From assembly GCF_963921235.1 (NCBI RefSeq), contig NC_086098.1:182900001-182964000 (forward strand): a stretch of DNA of 64,000 bases, given 5' to 3'. The stretch comes from Mobula hypostoma (taxonomy: Eukaryota). Both the position numbers and the translations under genes were made by a program. Below are positions 24,973 to 38,712 of this stretch, piece by piece. Positions within the stretch are counted from its first letter, which is position 1. Each line of letters opens with the position of its first letter. Below the pieces are notes generated by a model. That model had not been told where the DNA came from. It saw nothing but the letters and a program-made list of their open reading frames with translations, and made no database searches.

Positions 24973-25018
24973 ATGTGTGTTGCTTGAATTTCCAGTATCT
25001 GCAGAATTCCTGTTGTTT
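24973..25018 (+). mobile_element. 46-bp extreme terminal fragment of the Penelope-like repeat
   Basis: 14-bp perfect TSD gtggtttaattttg (24959-24972, 25019-25032). Confidence 0.8.
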
Positions 25019-26772
25019 GTGGTTTAATTTTGCAAGGAATACCTGCATTCTGCCATTGAAATGGCTCCGAATCACCCCTTTTGTGAAGGCGCTCAGTGGC
25101 TATCAACCATCTCAGAAACCATACAGAGTCAGTGTCATAGAGTTATGCAACATGGAAACAGGCCATTCTGCCCTCTGTATCCATGCAAGCCAATGAGCAC
25201 CCATCCCTATTAATCCCAGCATCCACCTTCCACATCCAGCTGACTAAATGGGATAAGAGTATTATATTGAAATGAATAGAGAATAGAGACTAACCAATGA
25301 AATCTAAGATTTGGGGTAAATGGGTCACCTGTAGATTAGCAATCAATAACCAGTATGCCAAATTTCATTTAGGTCTGGGCTAGTCCATCCCTGGAGTTTA
25401 TAAAGATCATCTGAATGCAGCAATTCACAATTAGGGTGTCCTGTGAAAACTGTTCACATTCTTCCTTCATTGACGCAGTTTTAAGAAATAGCACCTTCAA
25501 GCGTAACCTCACTGAATGGTGGCAGAGTCAGTTAGCAGAGGTCACAGATTTAAGATGTTCAGCATACGCACGAAAGTCCCATAAATATATGCTGGATTTA
25601 AAAAAAAAACTCTCTCTGCAGGTGTTGTGATGTAAACTTTGGGACTTGATGAGGAAAATGTGTGGTCACGCATTTAGAATATCAAACAGGAAAGCAGATT
25701 TTTGTTTTACAACGGTGAATTATGTTGTTTGCTGATGGTATTGGACTAAATGGGATTGTGATGAGAGAGGAGGATGTGGAAAAGCTATGTGGTCAGGATT
25801 ATGGCGGAGAGAAAATAGTGTGGGAAAACTGAGGTTACACCTTTTACTGCACATAACGGGAAAGTGAAGTATTTGTTAAATGGTGGGAGGTTGAGCAGTA
25901 CTGATGTTCAAAAGGACCTAGGTATGGTTGCACAAAATTCTCTGAAGGTCAACAAGCAAACACTGCAAGTGTTCAGGGGGACAAATGATACATCAGCCTT
26001 TATGATGAATAGAGCTGAACAGAAAATAATGCATTTTCATAGACCTTGGCAGGATGGCTCCTGGAGTTTTGGGTATAGTTTTTATCTTCTTACCAGAGAA
26101 TGGATGTACCTGCTATAGAAGAGAGGAGTGAAGATTGACTAGACTGGTTCCAGGAATGTCAGATGAATAGGTGAGGTCAATATACTCTAGTCCTTAGGAA
26201 AATGACAGGAAAATCTCATTGAAAATTACATGGAATGACATAGAAAGGAACACATGGAATGTCAATTTTTTAAAGTACAAAAATTCTATGTTCATACAGT
26301 TGGGTTGTTAGCCTGCATCTGGCCTTGCCCTGCCAGTGGAGAAGACCGGGGATGAACAGGTCAGTGTGGGAATGAGGAGGGAAGTTGAAATGGATGGCCA
26401 CTAATGGGGCAGAGAGTAGAAATGCTATCCAGCTAGGAGTTCTGGATAGCCACTGCAGAGACTAAAATGCTCTGATTCAGAAAAAAAATCCTGGCAGGTC
26501 AGTTAAGACTCGAAATGCTAAGGGATATACTATCTGAATGGAGATACCCAAAGCTGAAATTCACACAAGTTTAGACAAGAAATACTAAATCCGAAAAGGA
26601 ATTCTCACATTGTTCCTGGATCTTTGCCCTTAGTCTGTTGTTATTTGTTGTGTTTCAATATGGTACATCAGTGGCAACTGGCCTAACCCCTAAGAAATGA
26701 CTTCAGTCAAACCGTGCAGTTGGAAGGAGAACGGAGGAGAATTTGACATCTCGAGGAAGATGGAAGACTTAC

Positions 26773-26913
26773 TGCAGCCCTTCGCTTGTTAGAAATCTGG
26801 CAGCGGTCTGTAGCCCCAAAGCAGAAGCAGCTGGTGCAGCCTTTGGGATTGGTTGGATCCAAGTAAAAGGTTCCCAGGCGGCAGGTGTCACATCGATGGC
26901 CTTCCACGTTTTC
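26773..26913 (-). CDS. lama5: laminin alpha-5 exon, LE into L4 ([11 protein letters not shown]...[19 protein letters not shown])
   Basis: tctttag| ... |gtaagt; 141 nt, phase 0->0. Confidence 0.95.
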
Positions 26914-27214
26914 CTAAAGAGACAAATCCAAGGAAGAAAACAGAGATTATCTAACTTGTCCCGATGGGCACAACCATTAACGTGGATCAAGGCAACAGCA
27001 GTCACCTGAGTTTCCAAAGGGTGGGAGGAGAATCTGCCAGATGCTCCCCCTTGTCATGTAACCTGGGGAATTCTATTCTGATTTTGAACATCTCCAAGAA
27101 GAACTTGGGTGGTGAGGGTTCTGCATTACCGCAGAGCCAAACAGTTGTCTTAAGGGAGTTCGGATGGCACAGTGGCCCTTTGCTTATCCAACAGGGTAAC
27201 AATTACCGTGCCGG

Positions 27215-27490
27215 ATGCCAAAGTAGTGTAGCAGTTAGCACAATGCCATTGCAGCTCAGGGAGCTGGCAATTGGAGTTCAATTCCAGTGTCATCTGTAAG
27301 GAGTCTGTACGTTCTCCCTGTGGAATGCGTGAATTTTCTCCGGGTCCACCGGATTTCTTCCACAGTCCAAAGATGTACCGGTTAACTGGTCATTGTAAAT
27401 TGTCCCGTGATTAGACCAGGGTTAAATCAGGGGTTGTTGGGTGGTGCGGCTCGAAGGACCTTTTCCGCGGCTGCATCTATAAATAAGTAA
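27215..27490 (+). mobile_element. tRNA-derived SINE (family A)
   Basis: Aligns to the 17396 copy. Confidence 0.7.
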
Positions 27491-28409
27491 ATGAAATTCT
27501 GCATTCTGATACAAACACTACTGACTCTACTGTTCATTACATGTGCCTGATAGAAAGCTTAACATTGCCTCCACATCCAATTGAATGAACTTATTGATCA
27601 CGCTAAGCTGAAGCGCAAGAATCGCTTAGTGAAACAGTTATATACAGTACAAGTTTCCATTTTTGCCTGAAAGGTGAGCTGCTATGAAGGAAGTGATCTG
27701 GTGAATTCACGCAGGGTTAAAAAGTGCACACCGAAGCAGAAAAGGTTAATCATGCATCACTGAAGATGGTTTGTCGTCTTCTCATTAACAAAGAGGACAT
27801 CAGTTCTGTATACAAGTTGGTTATATTAACATGCAGACTATGTGCAGCAAATCAGGATGAAGAAGCTGTCAAGTTTCATTCAGAGCTGACAGGTCATTCA
27901 CGTAGATTTTTGACTTTAACCTTCTGAACTGCATATTGAACATGACGATCTCTGGGGCCTTCATCTGCCCTTTTCGTGGTGCTACTGTCAGAAAGTAGGT
28001 ACAGAGCCTGAAGTCACACATCACCTGGATCAGGAACAGCTACTTTCCTACAACCATTAGGTTCTTGAAGAAACCTGCACAACCTTAACCTTACCTTAGC
28101 AACAGAACACCACAGACTGCCTCTTACACTACAAAGGACTTGTCCCTGATGGTGCCCTCATTTTTCTACATTAAGCTCTTGATTTTTTGCACAGTCTTTA
28201 TTCTTCTCTCTCACTATCTTATATAATTTATGTATAGTTTATATTCTGGGTGTCGTCTATAATGCTATGGCAAGCAAGTTCTTCATTGCACCTGTACCTG
28301 ATTATATAATAGCAATAAAAATTACTGGACTTGATAGATATTCTTTCCTTTTAAAACTTTGTACTGAAAGAACAAGACTGCAAAATCTTCACTGCATTCT
28401 TTTTATTTT

Positions 28410-28665
28410 TGTTTATTTATTTATTGAGGTACAGTGTAGAATAGGCCCTTCTGGCCCTCTGAGCCATGCTGCCCAGCAATCCTCCGATTCAATCTGAGCC
28501 TAATCACGGGACAATTTACAATGATCCATGAACCTGCCAGCCGGTACGTCTTTGGACTGTGGGAGGAAACCGGAGCACCCGGAAGAATCTCAGGCGGTCA
28601 CAGGGGGAACATACAAACACCTTACAGACGGCAGCGGGAATTGAACCTGGGTCACCTGTACCGCA
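28410..28665 (-). mobile_element. tRNA-derived SINE (family A)
   Basis: Reverse complement of the 32675 copy. Confidence 0.75.
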
Positions 28666-28749
28666 GAGGGCTGTGAATCCTATAAAGAAAATACACAAAT
28701 CTAATATGAGCCCCATTGAATGGCCTTCTTATGAATTCTATAGTAATAA

Positions 28750-29053
28750 TGGTAGGGTGGTCAAGTGGTTAAGGCATTCGTCTAGTGATTTGAAGGTCGC
28801 TAGTTCGAGCCTTGGCTGAGGCAGCGTATGTGTCCTTGTGCAAAGCATTTCATCACACATTGCTCTGCGACAACACCGGTGCCAGGCTGTATGGGTCCTA
28901 ACGCCCTTCCCTTGGACAACATCGGTGGCGTGGAGAGGAGAAACTTGCAGCATGGGCAACTGCTGGTCTTCCGTATAACCTTGCCCAGGCCTGTGCCCTG
29001 GAAACCATCCAAGGCGCAAATCCATGGTCTCATGAGACTAACGGATGCCTATA
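28750..29053 (+). mobile_element. tRNA-derived SINE (family B)
   Basis: A box tggtcaagtgg, B box agttcgagcc; homologous to 37421-37717. Confidence 0.85.
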
Positions 29054-29239
29054 TAATTTTACTTAATTCTATCTTTGATGTCTTTCCAAACAACTTGAGT
29101 GTACCTGATTGGTTCAAGAAATTATTCAATACTTTCATGAACCAAGTTTAAATATGGGTAAAAGTATTTTAAGATGGAAACCTATCAACTGATGTTTATT
29201 GTTAAAATGGAGCAGCTCTGCTTGGATAGATTGCCTAAC

Positions 29240-29384
29240 CTTGCAATGGCATTGGCCGGTGAGTGAGTCACAGACGCTGGCTTCTGTTCCGTCTTCGTTA
29301 CAGTCACATGGCATGCAGTCAGGGTAGTGGTAGTATCCAGGAGCACAGCGATCACACTGACGTCCAGCTACGTTAGGCTTGCAC
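29240..29384 (-). CDS. lama5: laminin alpha-5 exon, LE repeats ([23 protein letters not shown]...GQCHCK)
   Basis: ttgttcag| ... |gttagg; 145 nt, phase 2->0. Confidence 0.95.
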
Positions 29385-29659
29385 CTGAACAAGAGATCGA
29401 ACTAGGAATTAACAGGCATTAAGGAAAAGGCATCCACAGATGGGGCAGGGCGGAATGTCCGATGGGGCAGGAGGGTGGGCAGTTTGTGAGATGGTGCAGT
29501 CCTTCTGCTACCCATGCTGGTCCTTTCCGCCCTCAGCATCCAGTTTGGATCTCTGGCGCTGAGAAGCAGCGGCATTAATTGCTGTACTACCACACTGTCC
29601 ATTACCCTTATTACCTTTCAACCATCAGGCTCCTGAAAAAGCATGGATAACTTAGTCAC

Positions 29660-30120
29660 AGAAAAGTACAGCACAGAAACAGGCCCTTTGGCCCATCTAC
29701 TCCATGCCAAAACTATGTTAGCTGCCTACTCTCATTGACCTGTACCGGGACCATAGCCCCCTATACCCTTACCATCCATGTACCTATCTGAACTTCGCTT
29801 AAACGTTGAAATCAAGCTCACGTGCACCACTTGCCTTGGCAGCTTGTTCCACACTTTCATGACCTTTTGAGTGAACAAGTTTGCCCTGTTCCCCTTAAAT
29901 CTTTCACGTTTCACCCTTAACCCATGACCTCTGGTCCCTCCCAACCTCAGTGGAAAAAGCCTGCTTAGATTTACCCTATTTATACCCCTCATAAGTTGGT
30001 ATACCTTTATCAAATCTCCTCTAAATCTTCTACAATCTAAGGAATAAAGTTCTAACCTATTCAATCTTTCCTTATAACTCAGGATCTCCAGACCCGGCGA
30101 CATCCTTGTAAATTTTATCT
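29660..30120 (-). mobile_element. CR1-type LINE 3' fragment
   Basis: ORF 29732..30103 YKERLNRLELYSLDCRRFRGDLIKVY. Confidence 0.85.
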
Positions 30121-30887
30121 GACTTCACTCACCTGAACACTGAACTGATTCCACAACCTATGGACTCACTTTCAAGGTCTCTACAACTCATGTTCTCAGT
30201 GTTATTTATTTATTCATTTATTTGTTTGTTTGTTAGTGTTGTTTGTGTATTTGCAGTTATTGTCTTCTTTTACACACTGGTTGTCAATCTTTGTGTGTAG
30301 TTTTTCACTGATTCTGTTGTATTCCTTTGTTCTACCGTGAATGCCTGCAAGAAAATGAATCTCAAGGTAGTATACAGTGACATTTATTTACTAGCACAAA
30401 ATTCAAAGTTCAAGGTAAAGTTTATTATTGGAGTACATACATGTCACCACATACAACTCTGAGATTCTGTTTCTACAGGCCAAACTTAACAAATCTATAA
30501 AACAGTAACTGTAAACTGTAAGCATCAGGAACTGTTAACAGGAAACAATGGGCGCAAAGGCAGATTATAAATAAATGGCAATAATTAACAAGCATGAAAT
30601 AACAATATACCAGAGTCCTTAAAAGAGTGTAGCTATCCCCTTTTGTTCAAGAGCCTGATGGTTCAGGGGTAGAAACTGTTCTTGAACCTGGTGGTGAGAG
30701 TCCTGAGGCTCTTGCACCTTCTAACTGATGGCAGCCGTGAGAAAAGAGCATGGCCTGGGTGGTGAGGACTGTTCTATGATTGATGCTGCCTTTCTATGGC
30801 AATGTTTCATGTGCTGAATGGTTGGGAGGGTTTTACCCATGATGTACTGGGCCAAATCCATTACCTTTTGTAGGGTTGTCTGCTCAG

Positions 30888-31402
30888 CTTTTACCACTGT
30901 ACCACTGAGAGCATACTCACCAACTGTATCTCAGTGTTCTATGGCTATTGTCCCATATCAGACCGCAAAGCACTCCAGCGTGTGGTGAAAACTGCTCAGC
31001 AGATTATCGGCACCCAATTGCCCACCATTGAGAACATCTACCATAAACGCTGCTTGGGCAGGGTGAAAAGCATTATTAGGGATGCATCTCACCCGAACCA
31101 TGGACTTTTCACTTTCCTCCCATCCGCTAGGTGCTACAGGAGCCTCCGCTCCTGCACCAGCAGGCACAGGAAGAACTTCTTCCCTGAGGCTGTGACACTG
31201 CTGAACCTCTCATCACAGCGCTAAGCAGTATTGCATCCATATTGTACTGTCTCAGTACTTTTATATTTGTGTGCTGCAGCACTTTTTAAATTCGCAGTTA
31301 TTTTGGAAATAACACTATTCTTTGCATTTCTGGTCAGATGCTAAATGCATTTCATTGGCTTTGTATCCGTACTCGACACAATGACAATAAAGTTGAATCT
31401 AA
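30888..31402 (+). mobile_element. Rex/Babar-type LINE 3' fragment nested in an opposite-strand copy (about 30400-31620)
   Basis: ORF 30934..31224 DRKALQRVVKTAQQIIG...HPNHGLFTFLPSARCYRS. Confidence 0.8.
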
Positions 31403-32674
31403 TCAAAGGCATTGGAGTTCCCAAACCAGGCTGTAATGCAGCCATCAGCACACTTTCCACCACACATCTATAGAAGTTTGCTAAGGCTTTCGGTGACATG
31501 CTGAACCTTCGTAAACTCCTGAGAAAGCAGAGGCGCTGTCATACTTTCTTCACATTAATATTCATATGATTGGTCCAGGATAGGTCCTCTGAGATAGTGA
31601 CTGACCCTCCCCACCTCTGATTCTCCGATACTTTGATAAGACACTTATTTTGAACTTAGAGAAGCACATCGGGGGAAGGGGGGGCACACTGAAGAACAGG
31701 GATCAGTGCTGAAAAGTGGACTCTGAGTTTGTGCAAGGTGTGATGCCTTGAATTTTTTTGTCAACTGACCACCATAAATGATAGGTTTCCAAGCAACGTC
31801 TGAACTGATAACTTATCAACATTATATTAGACTCAACATGGTAAGCCAGTTGCACAATCACATCTGGTATGCAAATTTCACATCATTCAGTCTTGATTCC
31901 CACATTTGATAAGATCTTTGTCAAGGAATAAAAAATGAAATTCTTTGTATGCAAGATGTGAAAATGTGATGTGAGCAAGAATATGTCTCTGAGTGAGCTA
32001 AGCTATCTTCTTCATTTGAAAGATCGTTTCCTTGAAATGTATCTCTATGAACACAGCCCTGGATAAATAATGGGCATTTCCATCCCTTTTCATGAATTGG
32101 AATCAACAGAAGCAAATTTCCAATTTCAGATGAAAACGCTTTCACAGTGTTGCTACATACCAACTGACTGTTCCTATAGGCAAGTTACTCAATCTTACAA
32201 ATCTAGCACAAATTAGATTCTTTTGTTTTAGAAGCAGTTGCTAACAGAAATACATATTTTATCTGTCACATTATCCCTGTATACAATTCTCGATTTGGAT
32301 AAACAGCAAGTTCCTTTGTCACACCAGCACCTGTTTTCCAGCCAATGTGAATTTGTACATTGGTATTTGAATGCATACCCTCTCCTCCTGTTCCTACCAT
32401 CAGGGAGGAGGTACAGCTTCCTCCCCTCTGCCAGTATATTTCTGAATGGTCAATGAACCCATGAACGCTACCTCGTTATTCCTTCGTTTTTGCACTATTT
32501 ATTGATTTTGTAATTTATGGTAATTTTGTCTTTGCACTTTGCTGCTGCTGAGAAACAACACATTTTTATTCCATTGTACTTCTTTGTTCCACTGTGAATG
32601 CCTGCAAGAAAATCAATCTCAACGTATTATATATTGATATATATGTACTTTGATAATAAATATACTTTGAACCT

Positions 32675-32950
32675 GCACAGTAGTACAGTGGTTAGCACAG
32701 CTCTTTACAGTACCAGCAATCCAGGTTCAAAAGTTTGTACGTTCTCCCTGTGACCACATGGCTTTCCTCTGGGTGATCTAGTTTTCTCCCGCATTCCAAA
32801 GACGTACTGGTTGGTGGGCTAACTGGTTGGTGGGTTAATTGGTCATTGTAAATTGACCTGCGATTAGGCTTGGGTTAAATCGGGGGTGGCTGGGCAGCAC
32901 AGCTCGAGGGCCGGAAGAGACTATTCCGCGCTGTATCTCAATAAATAATT
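32675..32950 (+). mobile_element. tRNA-derived SINE (family A)
   Basis: Full head, core and aataaataa tail. Confidence 0.75.
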
Positions 32951-35909
32951 AATTCCAATGGAAGACTTCTGTGTTCGAATGGTCTCTCTCTCTTTCTCCA
33001 TGCTATTGGAGAACGGTACGAATGTTCTGGGTCTCCGGTTTGTGGATCAGACCACAGTTGAATGGACTCCTTTGATTTTGTGTTTTTATATTCTGTTTTT
33101 TTTTGTTCATTCTTTCTTGTTGTTGTTGAAATTATTTGTTTTTCTTGCGATTGGGGGTTGATGTTCTTGTTGCAGTTTGCGCGATTTGTTTCTTTTGCAC
33201 ATGGGGGGGTTGATGCTCTTGTTGCCATTTGTGCAATTTGTTCTTTTTTTTGCGCCGGGGGGGGGGGTTGATGACTTTCTTTGAACGGGCTCCATGGTTT
33301 TCTTTGTTTCGTGGCTGTCGCTTTCAAAATAAACAATAAACCCGATTCTGATTATTATGGTATGGGAACTGAGAACTTCAGTTACATACTCCCACCACAG
33401 ATGGCACTGCATGACCCCAGGCTGGCATCCATCAGCTCCTGACCTGATTGCACAAGGAAACTCCATTGCTCCAAGATACTCAACAATCTTGCTTCCTACA
33501 TTAGATAAAAATTTATGCCAGGGAATAAAAAGAATGAAATACTTTATAGGCAAGATGTAAAATAATGATGTGAGCGCAAATGCACCCCTGACTGAGTTAA
33601 GCTGTTTTCTTCATTTGAAAGATCACTGCCTTGAAATTCTTTCCCTATGAACACAGACCTAGATAAATAATAGGCAACAGTTTGATCTCCTTTGATGAAT
33701 GGAAATCATTGGAAGCGAATTTCAGAAATAATTCAGAAAGTGAAATGTGCTTGCAACAAATGGTCTGCTGGAGGAATTCAGTGGGTCGAGCAGCATCCAA
33801 TGGGAGGAAAAGTCATCACTGTTTTGAGTCAAAACTCCAGGATCAGTACAGGAAGAGACTACCAGGACAGTCCTGGCTGTGAATCGTGGGTAAGAAATGG
33901 AAGGGCAGGTTTGGAGCACCAACAGGTTAGAGGTTATGGAGGGGTGATGTCCTGATCTATGGAGATTTGTGGTAGTGTAGGTGATGGTGGTTAGTGTTCA
34001 TTAGTGGGGTCATGGTCCACGGATTGGTATGAAAAGGCATCTGAGATATTGTGTTTAATGATAGCCTCCTGAAGACAGCGAATATTCCTTTTAAGATAAA
34101 TGGAGAATCGTTTAGGAAGGATGTTGGAGTAGGTTTCTTACACAAAGTGTTAAGTGCCTGGAGAGTACTGGTGGGAGTTATAGTAGAGTCTGATACATTA
34201 GGGAAATTTCAGAGACTTAATTGGCACGTGGATGAAAGGAAAATGAAGGGTAATGAACTCTGTACAAGGAAGGGCTAGATTGATTATGGAGTAGTTAAGT
34301 GGCACTGTATGTGTTGCACTGCTCTTAAAGAAAAGACAAAAAAGCATGGATGTAGGGTAAATCACATCTGTAAGACAACACGACATCAGGGCATAGCGTA
34401 TAGGAGCTGTGACATTGTGCTGCAGTAGTGAGGTCCCATTGCAAGTACTGTGCACAATCTTGATCACCTTCTTTAGGAACGAGTTGGCTAGACTGAGAAG
34501 AGCCCAGAGGTTCATGTGGTTGTATAGTGCAAGCTTAAAGTACAAAACTAGAGTACACAGATTTAGGGTGAGCGGAGAAAGGTTTAAAAGGGACTTGAGG
34601 GAGGACGTTGTCACCAGAGGAATGAGGGTCCAGACGAAGAAGCAGGTGCAATAGTATAATTTAAGAGGTACTTGGAATCGGTACACGGAGGGGTACGGCT
34701 ATGAGGATTGTAGGCCAAGTTCAGGAAACTGGGTCCAGCTGGGTGTCACTGTGGTCCACATAAACTGGTTAAGCCAAAGGGCTTCATTCTGTGCTGTATT
34801 GCTCTATGACTTCCTCCATTAAAAGGGGAGGGGGGTGGGGGGGGGAACTGAGTTTTCCTCAGGCTGAGTGATCCCCTTAGCCTCATTTTCTGCTCTGTGC
34901 TCCACCAGGTGACAGTTTGTGCCCACGTCACAAAGCTACCACGTCCCTTCTGTTGACGTGGTGACTGGAAAATGGGATGCTTCTTCTCCTTTCTGATCCC
35001 GGTGAAGTTCTAAAATTCCAGCCATGGTCCACCGTTTGTTCCTCTGTAAATGAATCATACTAATGATGCACAAAGTGACGGCTGCTCTACGAGTTCCTCC
35101 TGCTCTCCTGAGTACAAAGGAATTTAAGAATGTGGGTCAAGTAGGGTTATACATGTTTAGTCTTTCTGAATTGCACCTCCTGATGTTATCTCCCTGAGAG
35201 AAAACAAAAGCACGGCACATAAAAGGCCTTTGTGCATAGCTACTGTTCCAAAACACCAGCAGATACTGAATGCCTCGTGCACCAAATCGGACCAACTCTT
35301 GAGGTGAGGGCAGCTTGCCAGTTCGTAACATTCAAGCCTCACGGAGTCATTGGGAATCCCCAGCAAAAACCACGGCAGATTTGCTGAATGGATCCAGGCC
35401 CTTGTTACTGGAATCAGCCTGATAAACATTTGCTGCCTTCTCTACGGGACCTATTTCCCAATGGCTGGCAGCACCTTCACAATGCCGCAAATAGATTGAA
35501 TGTTCAAGGCCTGAAACTATTAATAAAATCCTTTATTCCCACAAAGAACAATTCCACCTCAACCCAGATGTACGTGTTATTTCATTTGCTACCTGAAAGT
35601 GTGCAAAAAAAGTTAACATAAGCACACGCCATGCCTCTTTGTATCTATTCCACGTGTATATTCATAACAAAACTTGTCCCTGTCATAGCTTGATTCCCTT
35701 TCACATAGCTTGCTGCTGAACACTACTGTAGCATGACACCCTGCCGTTTGATAACATCTGGCTGACTGAGGTAGATTAGTCAGGCCTCAGACAAAACCAC
35801 CGAGAAAATGAAGTTGCTATGGAATTTGACATAAAGCTGCTACATTGACACGAAGTGTTACTCGATAGTGTATTGAAGGCACCAACCAGCAGCTCTGCGC
35901 TAGGCTCCG

Positions 35910-36300
35910 GAAAACACATTCTCCCCCCTCTATTCCCCACTCTAACTTTTACCTCTTCTCACCTGCCTATTACTTCCCCTTGGGTCCCCTCCTCTTTCCC
36001 CTTCTCCAATGGTCCACTCTCCTCTTGCTTCAGATTCCTCCTTTTCCAGCTCCTGATCTTTCCCACCAACTTGGCTTTACCTATCACCTTCCAACAAGCC
36101 TTCTTCCCCATTCCACCACCCCCCCCCGAGCTTTTTATTCTGGCATCCTCCCCCTTCCTTCTCAGTCTTGAAGAAGGGTCTCGGTCAGAAACGTTATCTA
36201 TTCATTTCCATAGATGCTGCCTGACCTGCTGGGTTCCTCCAGCACTTTGTGGGTGTTACTTTGGAGTTCCAGTGTCTGCAGACTTTCTTGTGTTTATGAT
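35910..36300 (+). mobile_element. Penelope-like 3' UTR and terminal-repeat fragment ending about 20 bp from an exon donor
   Basis: Pyrimidine-rich segment, degenerate hammerhead (36163-36196) and terminal repeat. Confidence 0.7.
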
Positions 36301-36319
36301 TTGCCACCAACTGGCTCAC

Positions 36320-36524
36320 CTGCACTGCCCGCTCTCGGCGTTGCATCCTGGCCTGCTAGTGTCCTCGATCCCCGACTGAGAGCAGTTACACTCTTCACAG
36401 CCAATCAGTGGGTGGCAACCAAACGTCTGCGGCTCACAGGTGATACATTCCGGGCGGACGGTCCGAGGGGGGCATATACAGTGACCTGTGACCTCTTCAC
36501 ATAAGCGTTGGCCACAGTCACACG
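36320..36524 (-). CDS. lama5: laminin alpha-5 exon, LE repeats ([26 protein letters not shown]...ESGQC)
   Basis: tttctcag| ... |gtgagc; 205 nt, phase 1->2. Confidence 0.95.
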
Positions 36525-37420
36525 CTGAGAAAGGAACAAATGAAAATTAACAGGATGGTTTCAACTGTTAGGGTAGTTAGGGGCAGTGCTGGATGTCCAT
36601 TCTTATAGCCCTCCCATCCATGTAGTCACAGTCATAGTCATACTTTATTGATCCCGGGGGAAATTGTACTTATCCAAACTTCAATTAAGAGTTGAGGTTG
36701 AACCCACATCCACCACCTCCGCTGGCAGTTCGTTCCACCCTCTGAGTGAAGAAGTTGCTTCTCAGGTTCCTCTTAAATACTTCACCCTTAACCTACGACC
36801 TCTAGCTCTGGTCTCACTCAACCTCAGTGGAAAAAAGCCTGCTTGCATTACACTTTCTGAACACCTCATAACTTTGTATTCCTCTAACAATCTCCCTTCA
36901 TTCTCCTATGGTCACCTCATCCTACTGTTAAAAACTGCAAGCAATGCTGGAATTCTGAAATTGAAAACAGTGAGTGCTAGAAATTCTCAGCAGGTCGGGT
37001 AACATCTGTGGAAAGAGAAGCAGTCAGTTTCAAGGTGACGACTCTTCCTTGGATCAGCAACCTGAACTGTTAACTGGTTCTCTCTCGACAAGGTGCTTTC
37101 TGAGTCATAGAACATTACAGCACAGAAACAGTCCATTTGGCCCATCTGGTCCATGCCAAACCATTAACTTGCCTAGACCATAGCCCTCAATACCTCCAAC
37201 ATCCATCTAAAATTTCTCTTAAATGTTGAAATCGACACCACAGCCCCCCTCATCCACCACTCGTGCAGGCAGCTCATTCCACTCTCTGAGTGAAGCTCCC
37301 TATCATGTTCCCCTTAAACAGTTCACTTTGCACCTTTCATCATGACCTCTAATTGTCATCTCACCCAACCTCAGTGCAAAAAGCCTGCTTGCATTTACCC
37401 TGTCTATACCCCTCATAATT

Positions 37421-37717
37421 ATGGGCACGTGGCCAAGTGGTCAAGGCATTGGAATAGTGATCTGAAGGTCGTGAGTTCGAGCCCCAGCCGAGGCAGCGTG
37501 CTGTGTCCTTGAGCAAGGCACTTAACCACACATTGCTCTGCGACGACACTGGTGCCCAGCTGTATCGGCCCTTGCCCTTCCCTTGGACAACACTGGTGTC
37601 GTGGAGAGGGGAGACTTGCAGCATGGGCAACTGCAGGTCTTCCACACAACCTTGCCCAGGCCTGCGCCCTGGAGAGTGAAGACTTTCCAGGCGCAGATCC
37701 ATGGTCTCGCAAGACTA
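37421..37717 (+). mobile_element. tRNA-derived SINE (family B) nested in a minus-strand CR1 fragment (about 37105-38035)
   Basis: A box tggccaagtgg, B box agttcgagcc; 13-bp TSD acccctcataatt (37408-37420, 37718-37730). Confidence 0.9.
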
Positions 37718-38712
37718 ACCCCTCATAATTTTGTACACCTGTATCAAATCACCCCTCAGTTTTATACGTTCTAGGGAATAACATCCTAACCTATTCAACC
37801 TTTCACTAGAACTCAGGTTCTCAAGTCCCAGCAACATCCTTTTAAATTTTCTCTGCATTGTTTTGAATGTATTTTCTGTAGGTAGGTGACCAAAACTGCA
37901 CACAGTACGCTAAATTAAGCCTCACCAATGAAATATACAATTTCAACTTAACATCCCAACTCCTGTATCAATACATTGACCTAAGAAAGGTAATGTGCCA
38001 AAAGTTTTCCTTCTGACCCTATCTACCTGTGATGGAGCTGTAACTGAGCTGCTGAGTACGTTTATCATCCCTTGTGGTTAGCAAGGAGGAGATAACTAAC
38101 CACACATTAAAGATAAGAATCCCAGGCAACACTGGAATTGATGGTATTGTGGCCAGTGAAGAAGGCTGTCTGAGGTTACAACAGGATAAAGGATCAACTG
38201 GGAAAGAGGACTGGTGGAATTTAACTCAGTTAAGTGCAAAGTGATGCATTCTGGGGGAGTTAAACCAGAGCAGGACATAAGCAGTGAATGGCAGGGCCCC
38301 GGGCAGCGCGACTGAGCAGAAAGGCATTGGGTGAAACAAGCACTTAGAATGCTAGAAGTGGCATCATCAGCAAATGGATGGGTGAGGAGGGCACAAGATT
38401 GGCTTGCTTTCATTGGTCAAGGCATCAAGTATACCAGTTGGGGCATCACATTACAGTTGCACAAGCCATTGATTAGGCCACAATCTGTGCATTGTGTGTG
38501 CCTCTTGTCACCATGCTGTGGAAAGAATTTGATTACACTGAAGAAAGTGCAGAAAGAATTCACAAGACTGGGTTTGAGGGCTTGAGATACGAGGAAAGGC
38601 TTGGACTGTTTTTTTCCTGGAGGAAAGGAAGCTGAAAGGGGTCCTAAGAAAGGTTTATAAAATCATCAGGGACATAGATAGGATAGGAAGTAACAATCTT
38701 TTTTCCCAGGAT

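Noticed and set aside
28750-28820. tRNA genes here and at 37423
   Set aside because: A and B boxes continue into a shared ~230-bp body and there is no T-run terminator; these are SINE heads.
31960-32000. C/D box snoRNA-like motifs (tgatgt...ctga) in the duplicated block
   Set aside because: Imperfect C box, no terminal stem, and antisense to the host gene.
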